DNA of 61,556 nt, the filler included, from Corallochytrium limacisporum Hawaii (taxonomy: Eukaryota > Protista > Pluriformea): assembly GCA_002811645.1 (NCBI GenBank). It is 4 parts of 3 records of this genome, joined end to end, with 100 filler letters (N's around TTAATTAATTAA, not from the genome) between each part and the next. Parts side by side here need not be neighbours in the genome. Positions count along the whole stretch, not along the records: positions 6,851 to 13,192 come from PDIP01000018.1; positions 13,293 to 31,895 come from PDIP01000109.1; 2 more parts are not named here. One strand, written 5' to 3'. Made by a program: the position numbers and the translations under genes. Of the stretch, positions 9,573 through 19,653 are shown piece by piece (position 1 is the stretch's first letter; each line of letters opens with the position of its first letter). The notes below the pieces were generated by a model. That model had not been told where the DNA came from and did no database searches. It worked only from the letters and a program-made list of their open reading frames with translations.

Positions 9573-11621
9573 TTAGTTTGTGAACATAGCCAAGGCTGTC
9601 AAGGTATTGTTGCCGTTGACTTCACCACCCTGGTCATTGATAATGTGGTGGATACCACTGTCAATGAAACCGGCAAGCCATACAGTCACCATATGTGTAA
9701 AGGATATGCCAGCACTCTCTGGAGCCTGAATGGCGCTATCCAAGAACGTGTGGTTGGAGGAAAACCCAGGGGCATTATTGAAAAAGCTGTAAATTCCCAA
9801 ACCGAACGCTTGATGCTCTCTAACGTGGTCATTGACCTTGTAAGACGCATAGCCATTTCTTGTGCCGTCCATCCATGATGCTTGATCAGGCACATCATAA
9901 GGAATCTCCGATTGATAGAAGTAGGTAGCACCTTTGTTGCCATTCCAAAGGACTTGATTTTTTTGGAAATGCTCCACTGCCAAGCCATATAGCTTGACAT
10001 TGTCGCCATTTACGATAACACCATGATCGACAGTGTTTACAGTCCAGCCGATAAGACTATCGGGAGCATTTATGTCCGCATGATCAGCTCTCCAAATCCA
10101 GAAGTTATCTCCGGAAACATCGTTGCTATTGATGGTTACGCCACTGTCAGCTTTACCAACGGGATCAAGCCCACCGACACGGAGGAAGACGTCATACAGG
10201 AATGTGGGGTTCCTTTCATGGGACACTCCGGTCTTGTGGTCTTTTCCCACTTGAAGGAGTGATTTTCCTTCTGGAGTACCATTGGGGCCAGCGTCAAAGA
10301 GAATTCCAGCCAAAGTGACACCGTCAACATCATCTATGACCAGAGTTTGGGTCTGACTATCGTTCACTAAGGTGGCAAAGCCCATTCCAATCAAGAGGGT
10401 ATTTTCATACGTTACTCGCAAGGCTGTTGTGAGGTGGAATCTTCCGGGTAGGAACAAGATGTTTTGGCCCTGATCCAAGGCAGTTTGAATGTCATCAGTA
10501 ATACAATCCGCTTCTGGATTTGCAACAAAGAAATCAGATAGTGGGACACCCTGTGCCTCAGTCCAAGATTGCATTATGCCCTCGACTGAGTTATCGATTT
10601 CCCATGGTGCTTTCAATGTAGGTACCATAACCTCAAATCCCTTACTACAGTGATCAAACACCAAGTAAGGCTTCTGCCTAAAACTTGATGTGTAGGATCC
10701 TGCGTTGGTATATGGGTAGTCCGACCAAGCATCACTTCGGGGAGTAGGTGACAGATCCAAAGTCGTCTCATTGTCCAGCCCGACAAAGACCATATTTATG
10801 TTTTTAGTGGGATCTTCCCATTCTGAGAAAGAGCTGCTGCATGTAAACCATTGCTGCTGAGAGCCTGTTTCAACAGTACCGTCCACTACGGAATTGCACA
10901 TATACCCGCCGCTGGAAAATCCGATATCAAACAGGCGCAAATTCCCAGGTGCAAAAACACCATCATTCATGCTCTCTTGAACATGAATACGTCTTAGTGG
11001 TGCGGCTTGGGAGACAGCCCAAACGTTTTGTCCGTTATAGTCTTGGTTCTCATCCATGGTCTCTTCCGGGAAACAAATAGATCCAAAGCGAGGTTGGATA
11101 GAGATGTTTTCAGTAGACCGCCAGAAATTATTTAAGGCGCCGGGAAGAGTATTATCAGGGTGCTCAGGGTCATCAGGAACGCCGTCCTGGGTGCGAATAG
11201 CTCCAACAATGACGACGTCATCTGGAGTGGCGCCCAAGCCGATTACTTGTGTGTAATAGCCCACTCTTATGTCCAACTCATACATCGCAGGGGTGCCATC
11301 GGCGTTGGGTTTGAAAGCAAATACGTAGCGCTGAGAGCCAAATTGATTGAATCGCTGTTGGTCGTAAACGGCGGAAATTGTATCCTGGATCATATCCCTG
11401 TCCATATCGGTGTCGAATACGCATACATTGGTACCTTCAAACATTGGATCAGTAAACTCGTCATCACAGAAGACTTCTGATGTGGTCGTACCTGTGTCTG
11501 TTACATTACAAGTGGGATCAGGATCTTGGGCAACAACACTCTGGCTTGCCAGGAACAGCAGGGCAGTGAGGGCAAAGCAGGTCCTCCTCAGAGGCTTAGC
11601 AGCCTCAGATAGATCAAGCAT
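9573..11621 (-). CDS. Secreted glycoside hydrolase family 55 (bacterial-type) exo-beta-1,3-glucanase/laminarinase
   Basis: Motifs of the Streptomyces Lam55A-type subfamily: QFGSQRY, VGYYTQVIGLG..PDDV, ALNNFWRS.EN, WAVSQAAPLRR, SSGGY, SQQQW, WIWRADH, YGLAVEHFQK, FYQSEIPYD (catalytic Glu). The signal peptide fits best from ATG 11621 (MLDLSEAAKPLRRTCFALTALLFLASQSVVA); the ORF is open to 11699. Confidence 0.88.
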   Translation of the reverse strand: MLDLSEAAKPLRRTCFALTALLFLASQSVVAQDPDPTCNVTDTGTTTSEVFCDDEFTDPMFEGTNVCVFDTDMDRDMIQDTISAVYDQQRFNQFGSQRYVFAFKPNADGTPAMYELDIRVGYYTQVIGLGATPDDVVIVGAIRTQDGVPDDPEHPDNTLPGALNNFWRSTENISIQPRFGSICFPEETMDENQDYNGQNVWAVSQAAPLRRIHVQESMNDGVFAPGNLRLFDIGFSSGGYMCNSVVDGTVETGSQQQWFTCSSSFSEWEDPTKNINMVFVGLDNETTLDLSPTPRSDAWSDYPYTNAGSYTSSFRQKPYLVFDHCSKGFEVMVPTLKAPWEIDNSVEGIMQSWTEAQGVPLSDFFVANPEADCITDDIQTALDQGQNILFLPGRFHLTTALRVTYENTLLIGMGFATLVNDSQTQTLVIDDVDGVTLAGILFDAGPNGTPEGKSLLQVGKDHKTGVSHERNPTFLYDVFLRVGGLDPVGKADSGVTINSNDVSGDNFWIWRADHADINAPDSLIGWTVNTVDHGVIVNGDNVKLYGLAVEHFQKNQVLWNGNKGATYFYQSEIPYDVPDQASWMDGTRNGYASYKVNDHVREHQAFGLGIYSFFNNAPGFSSNHTFLDSAIQAPESAGISFTHMVTVWLAGFIDSGIHHIINDQGGEVNGNNTLTALAMFTN

Positions 11622-13192
11622 TTTCCAACGAGTCAGTACACAGTGAAAAAGGATCAAGTATATGCGATCTGTCGTCCACGGATCGAGAATCACGCTCATA
11701 AGGAACTCTGCGCTCCTCTAACAGCAACCTCATCCCTTTACATACGTTGATAATCCATTCGCGATCTGTCAACAGAACAATGCTTTCCATCGAAGCACTA
11801 ATGCCCGGAGTCTTTTAACGAGTCACACAGAAACAATCTTATGGTGGAATCCATTTGCAAGCCACAGCAATAGACACCCACCATCAACGTGCTTGTACAA
11901 CACGTGTGGCCATCAATATGATTGGAGGCCACCATCAAAGGTCAACAATACCGGCACCGCCCCTCTTCATCCGTGTCCTTTCCCCCTGCCGTATTCGGCT
12001 CGTGCGTCCTGCCGGCAAAAGGTTTCGCATTTTCACTGGCTGGTCAGAGGTTCGTTGACATGTGCACCCTCTCCTCCTCATTTCCTGCGACTGGAACTGC
12101 ACTATGTATTCATCGGAGCTGTTCTGGGTCATACTTGTCAACTAGACCGCCAATCGCTTTCTCACTCTCAGACAAAGAAGACCAAGCACACGGATGCAAA
12201 CGGTTGTTATGGGTTCCACTCTCACTTTTGCGTCTGCTTTGTACGTAATTCTCCTGTGCCATGCCGTGCGTCTCGCATCACACATTGGAATCGGCCAAAA
12301 GCATTCATTCGATGATAATTTTGCAATTAAGAGTTTGGTAACAAATTCCATGATCGTTCTTAGGGTTTTAATTTTCAGCCCCTTCCGGGTATCGGTTTTC
12401 ATCCTCCGCTTCACTCTGCACGGATTGGCAGGCCGTAAGGTGTGTTCGATGCTTTCGCCATGTCGCGCCTGACGATTATCCTGCCTTTAGGAGAAGGGTT
12501 ATGTTTTTATCGCTACGGAGACGAGGAACAACGATTTATGGAAAGACAACGCTGGATTTTGTCGGCAAATCAGAAGTATTTAGTAGAATTTCTTGATGAC
12601 TGGTGGAAGGAACCCGGCAGACAGTCTCCGTCCAGTTTGTGAGATTGATGGCCGATTCCGCTGCATGACATCCGTTTGATCCCCTGCGCAGTTGCGTTTC
12701 GTCATACTATCGTAAACAGCAGGGTCCGAAACAGGCTCTCCATAGCACCCCAACTCAGCACAGCCCTATTGTCGGCAATGTCGAGCTTCAGTGGTGGTGG
12801 CCCACTGGTTCTGGACCAGTCTCTGGTCTTAGCTCAGGTGTTTTCGATGCATTATAAATTGTAGACGGAGACATCGATGACCTATATCACCACCAACGAT
12901 CTGCTGTATTTGCTCGATGGCTTCGGCCCTCTGCCTCAGTGCTACCGGTCGGTGCAGGGGTAACAGAACGGCTAGTTTCGCCTGTCCCTGCACCTACGTA
13001 CCAAATTTTTCCTGCTCCCTCGTGCAATGGAAGAAACTCATGGGATGATTCTGCTTTCAGCCGCCATTCATGAGTTGCACGGAATTTCGTGATCACCATT
13101 CAAATACTATCCTCTGAGTTGAATGTATACTCCGTATCCAACCAAAATTTTCGTTCGAAAATATATACCGGATCGTGATTTATATGATTATT

Positions 13193-13292
13193 NNNNNNNN
13201 NNNNNNNNNNNNNNNNNNNNNNNNNNNNNNNNNNNNTTAATTAATTAANNNNNNNNNNNNNNNNNNNNNNNNNNNNNNNNNNNNNNNNNNNN
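13193..13292. other. Assembly gap with artificial linker; truncates the knottin-repeat gene
   Basis: N-run with TTAATTAATTAA at 13237-13248; the 138-bp tandem array runs into it. Confidence 0.95.
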
Positions 13293-13812
13293 CGCCACAG
13301 ACCAAGGGTCCGCAGCAATCGTCTTTGTGTTTGCACTTGCCCCACTCATCGTTACACTGAGGTGGCGGTGGCGGAGGCGGAGGCGGAGGCGGAGGAGGAG
13401 GAGGTCGTGGCTTCACACACTTGTTCTTATCGCCACAGACCAAGGGTCCGCAGCAATCGTCTTTGTGTTTGCACTTGCCCCACTCATCGTTACACTGAGG
13501 TGGCGGTGGCGGAGGCGGAGGCGGAGGCGGAGGAGGAGGAGGTCGTGGCTTCACACACTTGTTCTTATCGCCACAGACCAAGGGTCCGCAGCAATCGTCT
13601 TTGTGTTTGCACTTGCCCCACTCATCGTTACACTGAGGTGGCGGTGGCGGAGGCGGAGGCGGAGGCGGAGGAGGAGGAGGTCGTGGCTTCACACACTTGT
13701 TCTTATCGCCACAGACCAAGGGTCCGCAGCAATCGTCTTTGTGTTTGCACTTGCCCCACTCATCGTTACACTGAGGTGGCGGTGGCGGAGGCGGAGGAGG
13801 AGGTGGCGGTGG
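13293..13812. repeat. Coding tandem repeat, 138-bp (46-codon) unit, nearly 4 identical copies visible
   Basis: CGCCACAGACCAAGGG recurs at 13293, 13431, 13569 and 13707. Confidence 0.95.
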
Positions 13813-13965
13813 AAGAGTTGGCGCGCACTTCCAGTTCTTACATACACCTCCACAGCATTGATCGTCCTTCACGCAAAATCTGGCAGGCTTACAGTCATCG
13901 CCGCCAGCGAACACTGGACCGGCCAGTGCCGCACATATAACCAAGATCTTCAGTACATTGACCAT
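13293..13965 (-). CDS. Secreted tandem cystine-knot (knottin/ICK-like) protein with polyproline spacers; 3' end lost in the gap
   Basis: Signal peptide MVNVLKILVICAALAGPVFA. One divergent C-C-CC-C-C module is followed by at least 4 copies of P14-15-QCNDEWGKCKHKDDCCGPLVCGDKNKCVKPR (C-x6-C-x5-CC-x4-C-x5-C), the last cut by the gap. Confidence 0.85.
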
Positions 13966-15676
13966 GATCGTTCGTCATGTACAGATCAATTAGAACAGGG
14001 AACGAGCCCAGATCTATACATAATCTCAGCGTTCATGAAGGCTCTGCCCGGTTTAGAATCGTTGTATCAAATACCTTTTCATGTAAAAAATCTCAAAATC
14101 TACCGAAAGACAAGAAAACAGGCTGCCATGCACTGTGCAACGGCACAGAAGCTGATGTTGGCTAGTTTGATGCTGTTCCCCAGGGGCAAGCCCAAGTTCC
14201 AGAGCCTGTTTCCCCTTTCCCCCCCCCCCCCTTCGCGCCCCACGGGGAGAAAGCCCCCGGGGGGGGGGGTTGTCGGACGGGGGCGGGTTCTCTCAGGCAA
14301 CCGGAACCGGGGGTGTGTCAGCGAAAAGTCAACATTCCAACAACCTTCCATAGGACACCAGAAAATACCCAACCATTCAGTACCGAAAGTATGAATGCGG
14401 AGGGGAGGGAGGGGGGCGCCTTTGTAATTTCGAACAATTCCTTTGTATCGCGTCGGACATTAGAGTAAGAGGGGAGAGGACGAATTTGGTTGTCTGCGCA
14501 CTCCAGGAGGACCGGTTAGAGATTCCGCCATCGAACTCCTCCAGTTGGGTTTCAAGAGCGATGTAGCATCAATCGCCATTAGTTGGAACTCTTGCTACTG
14601 TGGGTATGGAACCTTGCCGTGGAGAGTCGCAATTTTTTAGAATATGAAGCGGACATTGACCCACCAACCCCGTCCGCTCTGTTATTCGGACAGGCCACCC
14701 CCATGCCAAGCATAAGCACAACTAAGACTCGTCACAAGCCAGTAAGAGATGCCGCATAGGAAAATCTCGTTGGTTCATGCCCACGGCCATCCCTAATCAT
14801 GAGCAGCCCTGCCGATGGCCGGCTCTGTAGGTACCTTGTGATGAATGGAGCCAATCACATTCTAAAGGAATCTTACACTATCTAATCAGATGCTCCAGAT
14901 TGGAATGACTTTAGTTCTCGGCGAACCCTGTTCATGTGTAAATCGCGCAAGTGCACTGGTCCCACCGCTACAAGAATTTGGCCTGTTCTCCAACAGAATT
15001 TCGGTGGCAGGCTGGAATGCGCAGTGTCGGCTCTGCCAGAGCATGCAAGGGACCACAGGCACGCTGATACGTCAAAGGCCTTCCTGAAGTCGAACAATGT
15101 AATATACTCTGTCTTTTGGGAGAGTATAGCTCTTCGTCGTCATACCCAGCTTGAGCGGTGTCTATCTTGGCTACATAACGAACACAGTTTGGAATGCTCC
15201 TGTTTCTTAAAGTGGTCATGTTGATTCCGGCAGGTTCGTTCGTGTGCTATCTTTGACTTAACTCTTCCTATTCGACTTCGTTGCGCCCATTGCTCTGTGA
15301 TTAATATGCCAATGTGCAGCCAAAACGGGAGCAGGCACACCGGCGGAAAGACGTGAAATGTACTCCCATCCGATTTGCTGAATAGCCACATTCCATTTCT
15401 AATTTGTTGTGGTAATTGTGATCGAAGCACTACCACAATCATCACCTTTGCCCCACAGCACAACAACGGAATTTCCCGTTTCCGTTTGTACTGCTGGACC
15501 TTCACGTCTTTGTGTCTCTGTGTCTGACAGTTCTCTTTATTGTTACTATACAGGCGATTCCTTTTGCGCTGAAGGTGGTCGTCAACGTCACAGGAGGCAC
15601 GCGATACGAAGATGATCCACGCATAGTAGCACAACCACTAGGACAGACACAGAGCATCCAGTGACCATCAATACTG

Positions 15677-17191
15677 TCACTGCTGCTGATCCCGTTCCAC
15701 CATCTCCTTGACCTCCCTGATCAGGATCCTGCGCTGAGACTCCGCACGTTGGTACAAGCGCTTGACCTCCATCGCTTCGGTGTGCGTCAGGGCCTGACCA
15801 CTGTTGGCTTGGTCACTTTCCAATCCTCTGGACAGCAATTCCATGTGCCCAAGTACGGCACTTAGCTGGTTTGGTAGCCAAGTCTTGATGGGGCTCCCTC
15901 CCGTGGCCACTGGATGGGAGGTATGCTTGATAATGTACTCTTTGGTGAAATTCCAATGACGGTGGCGGAAGTCACGCACCTGGTCTAGGATTCGAAGCAT
16001 ACGCAGGGTGGAGGACGGATCCTGAGTCGAGAACTCCACAATACCGTGCTTCTTGGCCTGACCATCGACCCAGGTTAACCAGTCCGAGTGCTGCTTTGGG
16101 CGGTAGGTCCGGAAATCCTTCAAAATCCGAGTAAGTTCGTTGGAAGGCATTGGAATCTGGCACAGATTGTCGCATGTGGGGATGATGGAGTCATTGGCGC
16201 CAGATTCACCTCGGAACTGCTGTGCTTCAGTGCTGACTCCCTCGTACAGGACGCCGTTGGGGAATGCGGGCTCGTTCTTTGTGCCTAGAATGAACGTGCG
16301 GAAGCGCAGATAGTCTTCAGGCTTGCTGGCTCCCCACATGAGCTCCATAGTGCGGTTAATAGCATCCATAGCTCGATTAACGGTGTCCAATCCGCTGTTG
16401 AAGCGGAGGCGATCCCTACCCTTCAGGGCCTCCAGCGCCTGACGAGTACCTTGTACGAGATCTCGACTGTGACTAACCATGGCAACGTGCACGAGGATGA
16501 ACCCTGCCTCGCTTTTTTCGCCCTCAAACGCGCGAATCAGGCGCATGTTGTTGATATCGTAACCCTTGGCAGGGTCCAGACGGCGATAGTTGTAGAGTGC
16601 GTAGGACTGAGCATACTCCATGAACGGCTTTGAGCCCAACTTATTCGCCACCGTAAAGAGTGGGACGGCCACGGCACGCGGCAACACAGAGCGGCCGTGA
16701 CCGTAGGTCCCTGTTTCCCGATAAGAAAGATCACAGGGTTCGAGGAGATACGCACTTGCGGCGAATGTCAGGTCTCGATACAGGGCAGATAGCAAACGCT
16801 GTGAGGTCACACCTGAAAGGTCATATTCGGGAAGTTCACGGTCCAGTGTCTCACCAAAGGTCCCTCGACCCAGAAGGCCGGTGCTTCCATCTGGCTGAGC
16901 AATCGTCATGCGTTGGAGAAGGGATTCTAGTGCCCCGTATTGCTCCGGAAGCGTGACCAATGGATCCTCTCGCGGGAGGAAGCCCAAGGATCCGACAGTG
17001 AACGTCGGAGGGTCATCGTCGCTACTTGACGAAGAAGGCCTGGGTGGGTCAATCACGGCTTCAGTGGAACGAAAGCGGCGGATTACCACGGAACCCAGAG
17101 CTGCGGCAACTGGTGCCTTAGTCAAAACTGATGGTTGAAGGAAGATTTGCCTCCTCCCTGCATTCAGCAGCACTGCTGTGTTAGCCATCAT
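15677..17191 (-). CDS. IDO: Indoleamine 2,3-dioxygenase family heme enzyme (fungal IDO-gamma-like) with a mitochondrial-type presequence
   Basis: Motifs EAGFILVHVAM, FRTFILG, FRGESGANDSIIP, DFRTYRP, FRHRHWNFTKEYII (proximal His) and ATGGSPIKTWLPNQL. First ATG at 17191; the N-terminus is Arg-rich and acid-free up to RRFRST. Confidence 0.88.
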   Translation of the reverse strand: MMANTAVLLNAGRRQIFLQPSVLTKAPVAAALGSVVIRRFRSTEAVIDPPRPSSSSSDDDPPTFTVGSLGFLPREDPLVTLPEQYGALESLLQRMTIAQPDGSTGLLGRGTFGETLDRELPEYDLSGVTSQRLLSALYRDLTFAASAYLLEPCDLSYRETGTYGHGRSVLPRAVAVPLFTVANKLGSKPFMEYAQSYALYNYRRLDPAKGYDINNMRLIRAFEGEKSEAGFILVHVAMVSHSRDLVQGTRQALEALKGRDRLRFNSGLDTVNRAMDAINRTMELMWGASKPEDYLRFRTFILGTKNEPAFPNGVLYEGVSTEAQQFRGESGANDSIIPTCDNLCQIPMPSNELTRILKDFRTYRPKQHSDWLTWVDGQAKKHGIVEFSTQDPSSTLRMLRILDQVRDFRHRHWNFTKEYIIKHTSHPVATGGSPIKTWLPNQLSAVLGHMELLSRGLESDQANSGQALTHTEAMEVKRLYQRAESQRRILIREVKEMVERDQQQ

Positions 17192-19653
17192 TGTCTTTCT
17201 CTTTTCTTTTTTTTTTGTGCTTTGGTTTTTCGTTTTACAGTACACAAGTAAGTGTGGAACGCGAGCTCATCACAATGAATGATCAAGAACATTACCAGTG
17301 AACCGAAGAATATGATCCATGTTGCCGATCTCGTACCTGTCGAGGCTGGGCTGTTGAGCAGTGGGACTGTTTGGAATGCCTGTAAGTCAGCAACCATCAC
17401 CTCAGACATACAGTGATGTAGGAATGGTCGCAGCGTCCAAACGAGCTAAAATCACCCACACACCCACACGGTCAGACAAACTGACATGCATAGTCTATCC
17501 GTTCAAGATACCCACGCACAAAACACTGTCGCTGTTCCTAGCACTGTCCCGAGGAGCCCGTGTACCCCCGGCCCCCCTTTCCCCCTCCTTCCGTCCCTAC
17601 TGCCTGCAATCAGTGAATTGGCGGCGGCTTTGAATGAACCGGGTAACAGAGCGTGTGCACACACCGCGCGTAAACTTTAAGGGATCTGTCCCGCGCACTC
17701 CTTAAATGCGGGACAGCGACGACCGAGACGAGATCAGATCGGACCTGGCTGCCCTCGCACAACCGTTCCAAACCCGAAGAACGAGCGTAGGGTTGCTAGC
17801 CTTCGATTGTGGATTCTACTGGGGGTGCAGAGTGTGCACAAGCAAGCAAACACCCACGGCCAACGTCTGCTGCACACAGGTGCACCGCACACATACACAC
17901 AGTGCCGCACTGGCCAAGAGGAGCGCGAATTCTCATCGGAGGCAGAGCCACTGCACACTCGCGTGATTACCGTGCATTCTTGTGTCTCAGCGCGGCGCTC
18001 TCTGTGGGAGAATCGGCACCTGCGAGAAGAGAAGTGGGCTGCCCCCCCCCCTCTCCAAGCCAAAATAAAAAAGGCGTTCTCTTCCTGCTCACCGCAAACG
18101 CCGTACACACACTCCCGACCCGAACGAAGGAAGGGCGGGTGTTGGGGGGGGGGGCCAGGGTTGGCGGCGCGGTGGGTGGTTTGGAACGGCACCAGTGCGA
18201 CGCCGGTTGCTTACGCACCAAAGGAACTCCCAGGCCCAAAAAACAAACACAGCTATCTGCTCCAGCCCCCAGCGAAGGGGGCACTAACCATCACCACCTC
18301 CTCCGGTCCTCGGGCATTCAAAGGTGCCCGGGGAAATTTTCAATGACCCCGAACGGTGACGCGGAGGGCCCCCCCCTTCCCTCCGTCTCCGCCGGACCGG
18401 GCAAGCCCTGGTACATTTTCAACCCGTCACGCGCAGTACTGGGGCGCTTGAAAATATCTTCGTAAGCGGGCCCTGCCTTGCGCCGCGACCAGCCGGTACG
18501 GCGGCTGCAAAAAAACAAGAGAATATCCTACGCACAAAATAGACTCCCATAAAATTACAGTACATTTTGTATGGAAAGGGTGATGTGATTGGGAGTCTAT
18601 TTAATTTCCCGGGGCCCCTCCCGGTTTCTTTGTTGTTGGTGCGCAGCTTGGTTGGCCCTCGCAGTAAGCGGCTTGGCTGGTGTGAGAAATTTGTGGGCAG
18701 GCGATAGAAAAGTACGGAAGCCTCAGCAGACGATTGTGTCGGGACATGGAACAAGCTGAGCGGCGGCCTCAAGCCCCTTTCGGTAAGGAGCGAGGAACAG
18801 CAGCTGGCATACAATACTACCCACGACCTGCACAAGCTCATGTCGTTGTGCCTGATTTTGGTTTATGTGGATGCCGATTGGATGCCCAGGGTCATCTTTC
18901 GACCTGTCTTCCGCTAATGGCATAGCCTGGTCAGTGTACTGTTTTGATTTCATGCCGCAGTCGAATTCAATTTCAAATAAGCTTTGTTGTTCATTGTGGT
19001 ATCGGTGCCTTTATGGGTAACAGAAAGTGTATCATCTTCATCATTCTATGGGTTGTGCGCGTACTGACCACGTCCATCATTTATTAGCGTGCGCAGCGAT
19101 GACAGCAGTGTTATTGTTTGTTAAGCCCAAGACAAATACGGGAATTCTCTGCGGACCAATGGCACGAGGGGATCGCGTACGTCCAGACGAATGGACGAGT
19201 ATATAGCCACGCCAAAGGTTCGAATGCCATGGTGTGGTCATGACTCATGTGTTTGAAGACTGATAGTAGCGCAACCACAATAGTCAAATTCTTTATCCAT
19301 CTGCCATATGCCACAAGGTCCAGAAAAGAAAAAGAAAAAACCATGACGCCCTTCGTGTGGATGTAAAAAGCTTTGATATATTCGGCACTGTTCACAACTT
19401 TTTCTAGAAATTGGCGCACAAGCCGCATTCCTTGTCAGTTCAAAATGGCATTCGTCGTTTGTAGTCTATATTTAGAATTGTCACGAAGCAAAATTCAGAA
19501 CTGGGCCAGCTACCCTGGGACCGTCTCCACCGGAGGTGCAGGCCAGTACATTCACTATCGGGGAAGGGAGGGGAGGCGCCAAAGGCAATGAAACTGCACC
19601 TTGGGCGGGCAGGAAGGACCCTTTCACAGAAGGACAGTTGGTTCTATTGGAAG

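Noticed and set aside
13293-13812. Regular repeat array as a CRISPR
   Set aside because: Units are fully identical with no unique spacers, are a multiple of 3, are protein-coding, and the context is eukaryotic with no cas genes.
13327-14394. Arg-rich 355-aa and Glu/Ala-rich 192-aa plus-strand ORFs
   Set aside because: Antisense shadows of the Pro/Cys tandem repeat; the minus frame has the signal peptide and the coherent Cys pattern.
19207-19238. GGTTCGAAT T-loop-like word suggesting a tRNA
   Set aside because: Only a small hairpin; no cloverleaf or A-box. I found no tRNA, rRNA or snRNA in the window by eye.
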